A stretch of DNA of 62,620 nucleotides, counting the filler, from Squatina squatina (taxonomy: Eukaryota): NCBI GenBank assembly GCA_031763465.1. It is 3 parts of 3 records of this genome, joined end to end, with 100 filler letters (N's around TTAATTAATTAA, not from the genome) between each part and the next. Parts side by side here need not be neighbours in the genome. Positions count along the whole stretch, not along the records: positions 1 to 22,659 come from JARFOE010000100.1; positions 22,760 to 47,142 come from JARFOE010000115.1; 1 more part is not named here. One strand, given 5' to 3'. The notes beneath the pieces were generated by a model. It made no database searches. It was not told the DNA's origin and worked only from the letters and a program-made list of their open reading frames with translations. This document shows positions 12,966 to 24,689 of the stretch, piece by piece (within the stretch, counting starts at the first letter, position 1; each line of letters opens with the position of its first letter). The position numbers and the translations under genes are program-made.

Positions 12966-13834
12966 TCGACCAATCAGCTGTTCCGTGAATCATGAATTCA
13001 AGAGTTTTTGTTGAATGCTTTTTAGAATGCAATGTAAGATGTTTCACTCATATGTATATGTCAACCAGGTGGTATATTGCACGAATCAACTTCTATTTTT
13101 CCCTTTTTGAATTCTGTATGTTTCTGCAGTTGGGCCTGAAAATGACAGACTGATGGAACAATCCATGAGAGGATTTAGATAGAGAACTATAATCATAGAG
13201 TCATCAGTATTTAGTGATTGTTTTTACAAAAGACATGAAATATATGAAAGCTGTCTATTGTGAATTTATGCACCAGAACACACATGGGTAGAGTGTTAAA
13301 TGGTATACTGGTTATCTCATTAGAAATTGCCTTTGTTCTATAATTAGTCATTTTCACAACTAATACTTTCATGATTTAAAACTGAAAGGTTGATAATAAA
13401 GATTGCCTGAAAATATTTATTCCTCATTGGCTAACAAGAGAAAACTTTGAATATATTACTACAATCAAAATATCAGATGCATTAAGCATGGAAACTCACT
13501 GCAGTTGTTTTGCTATATAAATTTGAATGTGATGGTAATAACTATTCTGAAGCATCCTATACTCTAGCCCCATTTACATGTCTTTTTGCTTCTGTTTTCA
13601 AAAAGCTGGCTGATCTGCATCATTCAGCTTCTGGACAACTGCCAGTTGTGGTGACAGTCATAAACATATGACAATCAGGCAAGGTCTTTAGATTGCAAGT
13701 TCCTGAACGTCACCATGTTTGACAGCCTATTTGCAGTAGGTTGAAGGCCTGCAACAAAAGTTTATCAAAGATAAAACAGCTCAAATTTGGGTTCTAGGAA
13801 TATATTTTTTTCTATTTTTATTCTACAAAATTGT

Positions 13835-14016
13835 CCTGGCTAACACTTATCCCTCAACTGACACTTTAAAACATGATCTGGTGGTCATTTATTTCATTGC
13901 TGTTTGTGGGATCTTGCTGTGCACAAATTGGCTGCTGCACTTTCGACATTGCAACTACAGTGACTAGACTTCAAAAATATGCATTGGCTGTGAAGCATTT
14001 TGGAATGTCCTTAGGT
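13835..14016 (+). mobile_element. DeuSINE 3' half
   Basis: gtcctggctaacacttatccctcaac...aaattggctgc...attggctgtgaagcattttgg. Confidence 0.7.
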
Positions 14017-16669
14017 CATTTTTTTTTCTTTTCAGAAGAATGGAACAGATCAATACAATCAAATGAAAAGGTAAAACTTTTAAATTATGGCAGTTTTTAA
14101 TTTTATGTTTTTCCTTTTTGCACCCCTTAAGAATGTCTAGAAATGGCTTGAGGTTTGTTCCGATGGGTCGAATTCTGCATCAAACCATTTCACAAGCAGT
14201 GTTTGCTCCAGCACGAGGAAGGTTCAGTTTCAACAGGCAAAATGATACCAGTGGCATCCAGCTCTCTAAGTCAGGTGTAGGACTGCAGGCTCGAGCTTGC
14301 TAAAGAGCATCGAAATCTAGTGAGGACCAGCCATAAAAAACTCAGTCCATAAAGCCATGGATTTTAAGGAAGATTTCCAAGGATAATAAGGCCTTTCATT
14401 TTCTTTCCGCAGGATCTTACAATAAGGTCAGAAAATACAAAGACCAAACGTAGACAAGTGAACTCATGTTAAAGGGCTTGTCAAATGACGATAGTATCTG
14501 CTGACTTACTACAGCACCAGTGAGAGTCTTAAGGTATTTATAGTATTATGGTACTGTACTGCAGTAAACTGACTTCTTTGTGTTATTCTTGTATTGATGA
14601 CAGCACTGCAGGGCACATTTAACAACACAAAGAAACATCAACAGCTTGAAATATAGTTGAATTGAGGATTACATGTCCCTCATCGCCTTATTTTAGTGAG
14701 CCCATCTGAGTCAAGGAAGCCTGAAATCTGCTGGGCTTTTCAAATAGATTCAATAGATTTAAATGTAAGATNNNNNNNNNNGGCTTTATTTATTTGCAGG
14801 AAGGGATTATACTTGTAAGACCTGTACCTGTCCATCCATCCTAGGCAAATTGGATAGAAAGTATTTCCTGCCCAGGCGTGCACAGTCTCCAACAGCACCA
14901 TCATTTGGGTGGTCTCAATACAAAGTGCAGCATCAACAGTCTATCCCAAATGGTGGCATTTCTTCAAAGTAGGCACCTGTGCAGGTGTGTGCTGCCCTTC
15001 CAATCTCCAGGATTTAGATCAGGATTCATATCCTCTGTTTTCATATCTTCTAGGAACGAGATGATGCACTGGATTAGGAAAGATATCCTTTCACCTCTAT
15101 GTAACTAGTTCAAATCTAGCACAAGCCAGTGAGACTAAAGTCTCTTATCTTCAGATGTGTGTAAAGTTCATACACAAAATCATGCTTGTGCAATGTCAAC
15201 CCAGCTGTAAGTGGATGGGTGAACAGAACTGCCCACTGTTTGGCACAACTTGCTACAACGTTGGCGATCTCATGCAGAGAGATTGAAAAGATGGCGGAAA
15301 GGGGTAGATGAAACAATTTAATATGGTGTAGCAGTAAGTGGGGAGGGGGATTTTCAGAGGTTAGGTTAAGTATTACTGGTGATTCAGAGCTGAAGGAGGT
15401 TTATTCTGCATCTGTCCTTGCTACTGTAATGATACAGTATGAGCATTTATANNNNNNNNNNNNNNNNNNNNNNNNNNNNNNNNNNNNNNNNNNNNNNNNN
15501 NNNNNNNNNNNNNNNNNNNNNNNNNNNNNNNNNNNNNNNNNNNNNNNNNNNATTTGCTGTTCAGCAATCTAATAACTCAACGATTTCTCCCGACTATCAC
15601 ATCCAAATCTCTTGACTGCTGCACTTTATCTGGTGAAATACCATTCACTATTTAAATATATGCTCTAATTTTTATTATTGACATATGCATTAGCTTACAT
15701 TTCCTGATGTAAAGTGCCATTATTGCCTAGATGTTAAATGTCTGCAGGGCCCTTATTTTCCCCTGCTTGCAAAAACAGGCAAGCCCATTTTTCACCAAAA
15801 TTAATGGCCTTCTACAAATTTGCAGAAACACACAGTCCCCGAGAAGGTAACTGCATGGCAAAATCCCACCAGTCATAGCATTTCTGAGGCACTTAATGGT
15901 CCATTTAAAAATTAATTCATCTGGCTGTAGTCTGCACAAATTTTGTGTGAAATGGATTCTCGACTCTAGTGGTAGAGGGTAGAAGGAGATAATAGTCACC
16001 ACTGTAATGGAGTGAAATGAGCACATCTTTGGTGGGGGAGGGGGGGCGGGGAGGAAGGGGCATGGGAGATTGCTCCCTACAATGTAGAAATGAGTGGAAC
16101 GGCACAGTGTTACAATAGAGTTAACATTGTGTCCCCTGCTGAGAGGGCCTGGAGGGGGGTTCGGAGAATGTCCATGATCTTAAATTACTGAATATTACTA
16201 TAAAGTATAAGGGCGAACGGACATGAAGGAAAATAAGACATGCTCAAATTGCTTTACTGACACAGACAAATATTAGCAAGTGTACTGCTAGTAAGCTGTC
16301 GAGGCAATAAGTTAATCAAATTACATTATTTAAGCCATGAAATGAAAGAGAATCTACTGCAGGAAAAAACTTCCAAAATCCAAATCATTGCTGCCTCAAT
16401 CCTCACTGCTCTGGTATTAAAAACTAAACTTGCAAATAACCAGAGATCACAGCATACTACAGGCGGTGGACCCTCAGACATGAAAGGGCTCTATGTGACA
16501 AAAGAATTGTTATAATGTTCGGTAGGAAGCGTCCAAAGGGTGTGCGGTCTTCAGTGACTGAGAGAGCTTGTGGTATGTTCATTATACAGATTTTCTGTTA
16601 CTTGGATGATATACACTGTTAACATGTCCACACACAGGGTCTGTGCCCTAGCGCATAATACTGCATAAA

Positions 16670-17022
16670 ACTCCAGGAACTTGAACACATAAATCTAGGT
16701 TGACACTCCAGCGCGGCACTGTCGGAGGTGCCAACTTTCAAATGAGACCTTAAAACGTAAAAGATCCCATGTCACTATTTTGAACAAGAGCAGGGGAGTT
16801 ATCCCCAGTGTCCTGGCCAATATTTATTCCTCAGTCAACATTACAAAGGCAGGTTATCTGGCCATTATCACATTGCTTTTGTGGGAACTTGCTTGTGTAC
16901 AAATTGGCTGCCGCATTTCATTGCAATAGTGGCTACACTCCAAATGAACTTCATTGGCTGTAAAGCGTTTTGAGACGTCCATTGTTCGTGAAATCCGCTA
17001 TATAAATACAAGTCTTTTTTTC
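16670..17022 (+). mobile_element. DeuSINE (SacSINE1-like)
   Basis: gcactgtcggaggtgcc...aaagatcccat...gagcaggggagt...attggctgtaaagcg...tatataaatacaagt. Confidence 0.8.
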
Positions 17023-17040
17023 TTAAAGCTAACCAGCCAG

Positions 17041-17330
17041 CTCCCCTTATGGCTTAGTGGGTAAAAGCATCTACTAGAAAGTTCCAATTTAGGATTCTGA
17101 TCTGCGCCGAGTTAGCTTCTCCGTCAAGTTATCAATTGGAGTGCCACAAATTACTTTGGCACCTTTTTGAGCTAGCAAAGGGAAAAATCAATAAATACTA
17201 ATTCTGATTGTTATTCAGTGACTCCAGCTAGAAAGTACACTTGTGTGGATGTTTGATGAAGATATAGTTTTAGCTTTGGACCTACCCCTTGCAGTTGGTT
17301 GAATAGGCTGTTGAAAGTCACTGTCACACT
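17041..17330 (+). mobile_element. LF-SINE-like degenerate copy
   Basis: ttatggcttagtgggtaaa...tctgcgccgagttagct...ggaaaaatc...gattgttattcagtgactccagctagaaagt...gtgtggatgt...aataggctg. Confidence 0.5.
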
Positions 17331-17560
17331 TGAAGCCAATGATCAGGCATCAATAAGGTAGATCTCATCTACAAACTGACTGCTGCATTTGCCTACAAAA
17401 GAATAACTTGCATTTATGTGGTGCCTTTAACATAGAAAATGTCCAGGGTGGTTCACAGTGNNNNNNNNNNNNNNNNNNNNNNNNNNNNNNNNNNNNNNNN
17501 NNNNNNNNNNNNNNNNNNNNNNNNNNNNNNNNNNNNNNNNNNNNNNNNNNNNNNNNNNNN

Positions 17561-17890
17561 TTGAAGTGTCGTCACTGTTGTAATGTGGAAACGCGGCAGC
17601 CAATTTGCCCACAGCAAGCTCCCACAAGCAGCTATGTGATAATAACCAGGTATTCTGTTTTTGTTATGTTGATGAAGAGATAAATATTGGACAGGACACC
17701 GGTGATAACTCCCCTGCTCTTCTTCAAAATAGTGCCATGGGATCTTTCACAGCCACCTGAGAGCAGACGGGGCCTCGGTTTAACGTCTCATCTGAAAAAC
17801 CGCACCTCCGACAGTGCAGCACTCCCTCAGCACTGTACTGGAATGTCAGCCTAGATTTTTGTGCTCAAGTCCCTGGAGTGGGACTTGAAC

Positions 17891-17924
<34 letters not shown>

Positions 17925-17925
17925 T
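17561..17925 (-). mobile_element. DeuSINE (SacSINE1-like), including tRNA-like head
   Basis: Reverse complement of the same family. Head ctctgagtcagaaggttatgggttcaagtccc contains a B-box-like motif. Confidence 0.85.
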
Positions 17926-19044
17926 CTGCAAGAAAACAAGGTAGAAAAATGAAAGGCAGACAGAAAGGAAAGACTTGCACTTATACATATGACTCATCCA
18001 AAAGACATGAAAATGCTTGTGGTTTGGTTGCTGAAGACCAATCATNNNNNNNNNNCGGAGCTCTTAAGGCCCAGCCATCTTTAGCTGCTTCAATGACCTT
18101 CCTCGAGCATAAGGTGAGGAATGGGGCTGTTCACTGGCAATCCTAATGCTGCAATGTCCATTCACAGCACCTCTGATAATGACGCAGCCCATAGCAGCTG
18201 TCCCATTTTAAGATGCGTTGACCATTTTTCCACAGAAAGGAGATGGGTGAAAAAAAGTTGCTTTAAGAGTTGCATTTTAAAACAAAAAAGTGTATTTGCC
18301 ATAGTTTTTTTTAAAAAGCACCGAGATAGAGATAAAAGATGTTTAAAATGTAAATGAGCTAAACTTTGAAGTTTTTTTCCCTCAAAGACTGTGAAGAATA
18401 AGCAATTCATTCGTCTAGCTTGGCAATTGATAAACAATTCACACCCATTGTGTTGGGAGCTCCCTGATCTCGGGCGTTTGATAGGAGTTGTCTGGTGTCC
18501 GCCCTCCTGGCAGGTTGTGGATACAGGGAAATAAAAAAACAGACAGAGATGCAGTCAGTCACTCCGATTTCTAAGCAGAAAGCTGCAAAAACAAGTTTTA
18601 GCCAGCTGCAGGATGCAGGGTACTAATTATTAGTTATGTTGTTTAACTCAAGCAAGATAACCCACTGATATAGTCAAATATAGCATGTTCATTACTTCAT
18701 TATTACATGGAGAAATGTTGTTCTAATTAAATTAAGTAAATCCAATAATAAACAAACAGAAAAACAAATACCTGTTGTGCAACAAAGCAACTGAATGATT
18801 CATATCAGATTTCATCTTACCAAGTATTCTCTTCCAAAAGATTGGAGAGGCACATGCATGAAAAACGTGAATATCCAGTTCAGATCACAAGGGGGTACAG
18901 TTGTTATATGCCTGGATTATGCTATTAATTAAATATTGGGCAGTGTAGGCATACCCGACACACAAGACACTCAGACTGGAGCGACTAGCACAGGAGTACT
19001 CAAGAGAATATTTAAGGCCAGAAACCTAAATTTGTAATACCGGC

Positions 19045-19400
19045 CTACAACAGGACTTGGTAACATTCAAGCTTAGGTTGATAAGTGGTAGGTACCATTT
19101 GTGACATGTAAATGCTAGGCAATGACCATCTCCAGCAAGAGAAAGCCAAACCACCTCCCACAACCCACAATGACACCACCATAACCAAGCCTCCTACCAT
19201 CTTGGGGGTCAGCATTGACCAAAACCTTAACTGGACCAACTATACCAACACCATGGCTATAAGAGCAGGGCAGAGCCTGCACGTGTGGCTCACCTCCAGA
19301 CCCCTCTGAGCATTTCCACCATCTACAAGGCTCAAGTCAAGAGAGAGCATGGTGAAATACTCACCACTCACCTGGATGAGTGCAGTAGCAACAACAATCA
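19045..19400 (+). mobile_element. Non-LTR LINE RT C-terminal fragment
   Basis: Degenerate DKW...KC.AMTIS and TILGVSIDQNLNWTNY. Interrupted at ~19402 by the Harbinger-type element. Confidence 0.7.
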
Positions 19401-19401
19401 A

Positions 19402-20577
19402 GGGGCGCACAATTAGACCTCCCTGAGTTATTGGCACTAATGGATGAATTGTTGAGTGCAAAGTTCCAGTTTCGGCACTATCCCTTTAAAACGTGCAATT
19501 CAGGACACTGAAAAATAAATTCTGACAGCTTAAAAAACATGCTACTTTCAGCACTAAAAAGGGTGCTGATTTCTTAGTTTCTTTCAGCAGGCCAATTGCA
19601 GTAAATGCCTGGCTGGTACCAATCATCAATCACACCTCCTCAGCACTTAAAGGGGGGCCTTTCCCACACACAACTGCTGAGGTCAGACTTGGAGGTGGTG
19701 TTGTGGAGTCGAGTGATAACATTGTTTTCCCTGAAGAACAAGCCAAATGTTGGAATCACAGGCTGCAAGTGTAAGGGTACCCCGTTTCTCAGAGGCAGCC
19801 CTTGAGGCACTCAGATACAGTTGACAGGAGAGTTGGAAACTTGTTCCCTGTAGCAGGAAAAAGGGGAACTGCCAAGATGATAAGGCGAGCCGGGAGGAAG
19901 GTGGCAAGGGAAGTGGCTTCCACGGAGGTTATACAGCAGGACGGCAATCAATGCCGTAATAAATGTAATGATCTTATGCGAGTTGAGAAGGTGAGTGTAA
20001 CTCTTGTAACAATGGCCGCCTCATCGCGAACTCTCTCCTTTGTACATTGCCATAGTCTTGACAGAGTTGATGAGCTGCTTACACTGGAACTCTGCACAAT
20101 CGCACACACTGGGCACGGCACACGTCTTGCCAATTCCATCAAATTACAACTTGAAAGGGAAGGGTTGGCCATCATGCACTTCTCCTTGTTTCTGCAGGCT
20201 AAACTGGCAGCAATCAGGGTATTTAGGAACTGTCCTAATGCTGACATTCCGGAGCCGCCCGAGGTGAATCAGCTGGAAGAGGAAGTAGCCAGGATCATTG
20301 GGGCAGCCAGTGGCCAGGGGCTCTGTCATTCTTCTCCCTGATGATGATGATGGTGATGATGATGATGATGATGATGTTCATGGTGAGTGATGCTCCACTA
20401 ACTTCAACATGGCTCTTCCTCCTTGTTGTCTCCCATCAATGCCTTAGCTGTGGAACATTGTAGGTTTGAGCTTTTAAATGTGGGGGCATCAGCATTATGT
20501 GCCTTTTGTTCCATTTTGTCTTTCAGACACTCCCTCCTCTGTGGAAGTGCCTGTGTAACATTTGCAATTCTCCAGAG
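19402..20577 (+). mobile_element. PIF/Harbinger-type element with frameshifted, spliced Myb/SANT-like gene
   Basis: Left end ggggcgcacaatt. ATG 19747 gives MLESQAASVRVPRFSEAALEAL, then a frameshift to DTVDRR...KVAREV...QCRNKCNDLMRVEK|gtgagt. Intron 19991-20197, exon 2 AKLAAIR...LEEEVARIIG, then a GAT-rich acidic run. Confidence 0.75.
20339..20376 (+). repeat. Imperfect (GAT)n microsatellite
   Basis: tgatgatgatgatggtgatgatgatgatgatgatgatg. Confidence 0.85.
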
Positions 20578-20677
20578 NNNNNNNNNNNNNNNNNNNNNNN
20601 NNNNNNNNNNNNNNNNNNNNNNNNNNNNNNNNNNNNNNNNNNNNNNNNNNNNNNNNNNNNNNNNNNNNNNNNNNNNN

Positions 20678-20837
20678 GAACAACTAGCAGCGCTGCTGTG
20701 ATCCAGGTTATGCTCAGCACCCTATTGTCGGCAGACGAAGAGAACCTGTGGAGCTGTTTAACCATAAACACTGCATTTGTGTGGTTAGTTGGCACTTCGA
20801 TGTTGCAAATCATCCCTTCGCAACAGGAAATGCACTC
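20678..20837 (-). CDS. LYPD6B: LYPD6B terminal coding exon (stop codon lost in gap)
   Basis: Acceptor tttcag|. Reads ECISCCEGMICNIEVPTNHTNAVFMVKQLHRFSSSADNRVLSITWITAALLVV, matching LYPD6B ECRSCCEGMICNVELPTNHTNAVF. Confidence 0.93.
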
Positions 20838-22102
20838 CTGAAACAAAAACAAAATGCTTCCTGATTAAACGTTTCCCCTGGAGTTGCATTCCCCTCCAAT
20901 TATAGCCATCCAGAGCATACATAAGAGCCATCTGTTCCTAGTGCCGTTCATTTGCAGAATAATTCACTGCTTGCGGTTGCACAGGTCTATTGAGAAGACT
21001 GTCAGAACCTAACTCATTTTGTTTAAACTGCTTTGATTCATAACTGGTCAAAGAGTTCTGCCGCATTTCTGGCAATATTAGATATAGAAAAGCCAGCTGA
21101 TAAGTTTGGAGAATGTTTTGAAAAATGGGTGGCACAGTGTATAGGCAGTGTCCTTTTGCCCTTCCAGCCTGGGTTTAAATCTAGCTAAGGCTAATAGGAG
21201 GGAAGTCATCTCTCTACATTGACTATGGAGTCCAATGTGAGGTAAATTTAAGCAACTTCAAACCGGTTTTTAATTGGGCACTGGGGTACAATAGAACAAA
21301 ATTGTCTCTAATTTGGCAATCTTAGTCACAGGTACCTCAAGGATGGCTTGTGTGGGAAATAGAAAATGTTACAAGGGTGCAAAAGGAAGGTTTAAATCTG
21401 TGTTAGGGACAAAATGGAAGGAAGTTTATTTTACATCAAATTGTGCTTGATGTTGGTAATGGGTTCCCAAAATAGAAGTTGTTCCATTTCCAGTTACAAA
21501 CATCCTTTGATAAAAAGAGAAATAATCACCATTCTCCGAACGACCTCCTTCTGTGCCGTAAATTTCTATGGTTCTATGTAGGGGCAAATTTTGCTATCTA
21601 ATTTTAGTGATAAAGTAGATGTGAGCATAAAGCTGTGTCCCCTGCTTTGTACTTACTTTAACTTTTTGTGCTAAAATTAGCAAACAGAGACAAATATAGG
21701 TCAATATTACATTGTCTGCGTGACATCTATCGGAGAGAACTATCCACTTGGTCTCATAGCATCAATCATATTGGATTACCTTTAGGATTTGTTACAGTTA
21801 AGTANNNNNNNNNNGATGGGATTAGGAAGGTATCCCACATGTAAGTATCTATCTTACAGGTGACTAAACTAGAGACAACTAAAGTTTTAAAACTGAACCT
21901 ACCAAGGTTATCAACAACTGGTTTGCACTATTTCTGTCCAGATGAAGATGAAATCTATTTGTAATTGCATTTACTCATTGGAGAACCAGGGCTTTAACAG
22001 GGAATGCTGGCAGAACTGCCCACTAGTTAATATATGGGCACCTTTGATTATATACTTGATAGAATCCTACAGCATAGTCATCATGCCTATGGCAGTACTT
22101 AC

Positions 22103-22233
22103 CGTATGACCAAACTTCTTGATGTGATGGCAGCCAACAGAATGACATTCCTCCTTTGAAACACATCTCTTTGAGACCGATTCACTCTTGCCATGGCTTG
22201 TAAATCTGTGGACTGTAAGGCAATACTCTGTAT
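22103..22233 (-). CDS. LYPD6B: LYPD6B penultimate exon, 131 nt
   Basis: Bounded by ggcacag| and |gtaagt. Reads (D)TEYCLTVHRFTSHGKSESVSKRCVSKEECHSVGCHHIKKFGHT. Same exon length as the paralogous LYPD6 exon. Confidence 0.93.
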
Positions 22234-22659
22234 CTGTGCCATAAAAAGACAAAAATGAAGATTTAGGACTATTTTGCCATTTACAAACCACTCGGGAGCC
22301 ATAAAAATAAGTCTTCCAAAGTTTCTCAAGAATTTTTTTTCTCTATATAGTAATAAATATTACCCTGTCTATAAAAAAAACATTTAGTTGCTCATAAAGT
22401 GTAGATTCCTAACGCTGGTCCTTTTTAGGCAAATAAAGGACAGCTTATTGCACAAATGGAATGACAATTACTACTCTAATACCTAGTTAAAGCTGTAACA
22501 ATATCTCCAGGTCACATACCTTTACTCCTCGGTCATGACATTTTCCGCATTTTTCTCCATTAGGTCTTTATCTTACAAAAGTGCTCACTACCTTTTGACA
22601 ACTTTCCACACTAGTTTATTCTCCGGTATAAACCTACAGAGTAGTTCCCATTATTAAGT

Positions 22660-22759
22660 NNNNNNNNNNNNNNNNNNNNNNNNNNNNNNNNNNNNNNNNN
22701 NNNTTAATTAATTAANNNNNNNNNNNNNNNNNNNNNNNNNNNNNNNNNNNNNNNNNNNN
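22660..22759. other. Artificial scaffolding linker: 44 N + TTAATTAATTAA + 44 N
   Basis: Exactly 100 bp. Palindromic 12-mer with stop codons in all six frames at 22704-22715. Confidence 0.9.
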
Positions 22760-24689
22760 ACTATTTCAATTGGCTGCCCTGCCGCTTGGTATAAAGCGCA
22801 GACAGACCGGCACTTAGGAAACAGATATGGAGGCAGGTTGACAGTGGGATCCTGACCCGCTGTTAATCTTTTATATTTTGACAGTAGACCCGCCTCTGAA
22901 TCCTTCCTCTGAGTGCCGGCAAAATTCCGGCCTATGCACCTCAATAAAGGGATACTTGTTAATCTTGGGTATACTATTCTAAAAATGGTATATCACAGCA
23001 CAGATTTTCATGGCTATTGGTGTGATGTAAGTGTTGGGTATTTTAATGAGCCGCTCCCTCTTGCAACAGTTTTGCCACACTTCCCATAAACAGCCGTCAC
23101 GTCCCCTATGAACCAGAAGCTGTAACCCTGTGGTGTTCTGTCCCTGCAGACATCTCATACCAATTGGACACATCCAATCCTACATCATGAATACTCATTG
23201 CACTTTATTCCTCTCCAAACCACTCCAGAAGGTGGTATTACCAACAGACCACAATCGAGCTATGATCACATTCTGAGTCAACTAATTAGATGCATTTACA
23301 TAAATAAAATAGGTCATTAAAGCGGTTTCAGTTCTGCAAACTAACAATCAGGCATAGGTTTCGAAGAGAAGAGCCTGCCCAGACCTCTGTTTCATCAAAC
23401 ACTTTGTCAGTAAAATGGAAACAAAAATCAGCATTGGTCCCATCCACCAGAAAGTCCTGTGAAAATTAAAAATAAACGAAAGGTCTCTGAACGGGACTTG
23501 TGAGTTGCATACGGTGTGGTGGGAGATGTACACAGGCTGCTGCAGAGCTAAAACAATATGACAGGATTGTCGTTAAGGGAGATATTATTCATTACCAGCA
23601 TTAGCATCACCTGACGTATCAGAATATTAAAATATAACAAGGAGTTTGAACTGTCCTTGCATAAACAGTGGGGTATCATGTTGGTTTTTATTATTAGATT
23701 TGTAGCATGTCTGTAATTGTATCAATATTTTAATCTTAGACATATGATCTGTGATGCATTGCTTGCATATAATTGAGAACAAAGCTATTCAATCGCAAAG
23801 AAATAATCACAAACTGTACATTTTTATTGTACCATGCATTATTTAATTAAAAAGGCAGAATCTGTCACAAGCAAAATAATATTAAAAAGATTGTTCTTTA
23901 TTGCTTCTATATATTTGATTTATTTGTAATATGAATTCTTATACATCAAAGGTCCTTACCAAGAAGGAACACTTACAGCTGTAATTATATCTTTGAAGTT
24001 ATTCTTACGACATCCTAAAGAAGTCTATGCATTGAAAAAGAAACACTCTATTTAATTATATGAATTCTGTCTAACAAAAACTGAAACAGAAAGAATTGAA
24101 GGCAACCTCATGGTACTGATAGCCAACTGATCAAGTGTTAGGAATCAGAGAAGGGGGATGAAAGGCTCATTCTAGGATTGGTGGGTAGTGACATGTGATG
24201 GAAACAGAGAATTGTAAAAGACAGATTAAGCCAAGGAACGCAACCTTGGCAGNNNNNNNNNNNNNNNNNNNNNNNNNNNNNNNNNNNNNNNNNNNNNNNN
24301 NNNNNNNNNNNNNNNNNNNNNNNNNNNNNNNNNNNNNNNNNNNNNNNNNNNNACTTTGGCTCTGCTTCTCGCTCCTCCCAGGTCCCCTCTCACCCATGCT
24401 GCCTGTTAACTTAATGCTGCACCTACCTTTTTGTACGAAAGAGGAAGGGGTTAATAAAAGCAATTAGACTGGGACAATTAAGCTTCTGTCCTTAAAGTGT
24501 TGAAATATTTCCGGTTGATCATGTTCACTGTGATTGAATTGCATCTGATTTCAGTCTCCTTGTGTGTGTGTAACTGAAGTAATTTTATTGGTGTTCTGTG
24601 GTGACAGAGCTGGGACTTGGAATCCTTTGTATCTTGCATCCAGCAATACAAGAGCATCCTCGGTAATATACAGTAATTGTAAAGGTATA

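Noticed and set aside
20339-20376. (GAT)n run as a host coding poly-Asp tract
   Set aside because: It lies within the decayed Harbinger Myb gene and is out of frame with the preceding ORF.
22704-22715. TTAATTAATTAA as a biological palindrome or piggyBac TTAA array
   Set aside because: It is centred in exactly 44 N on each side, twice, so it is an assembly linker.
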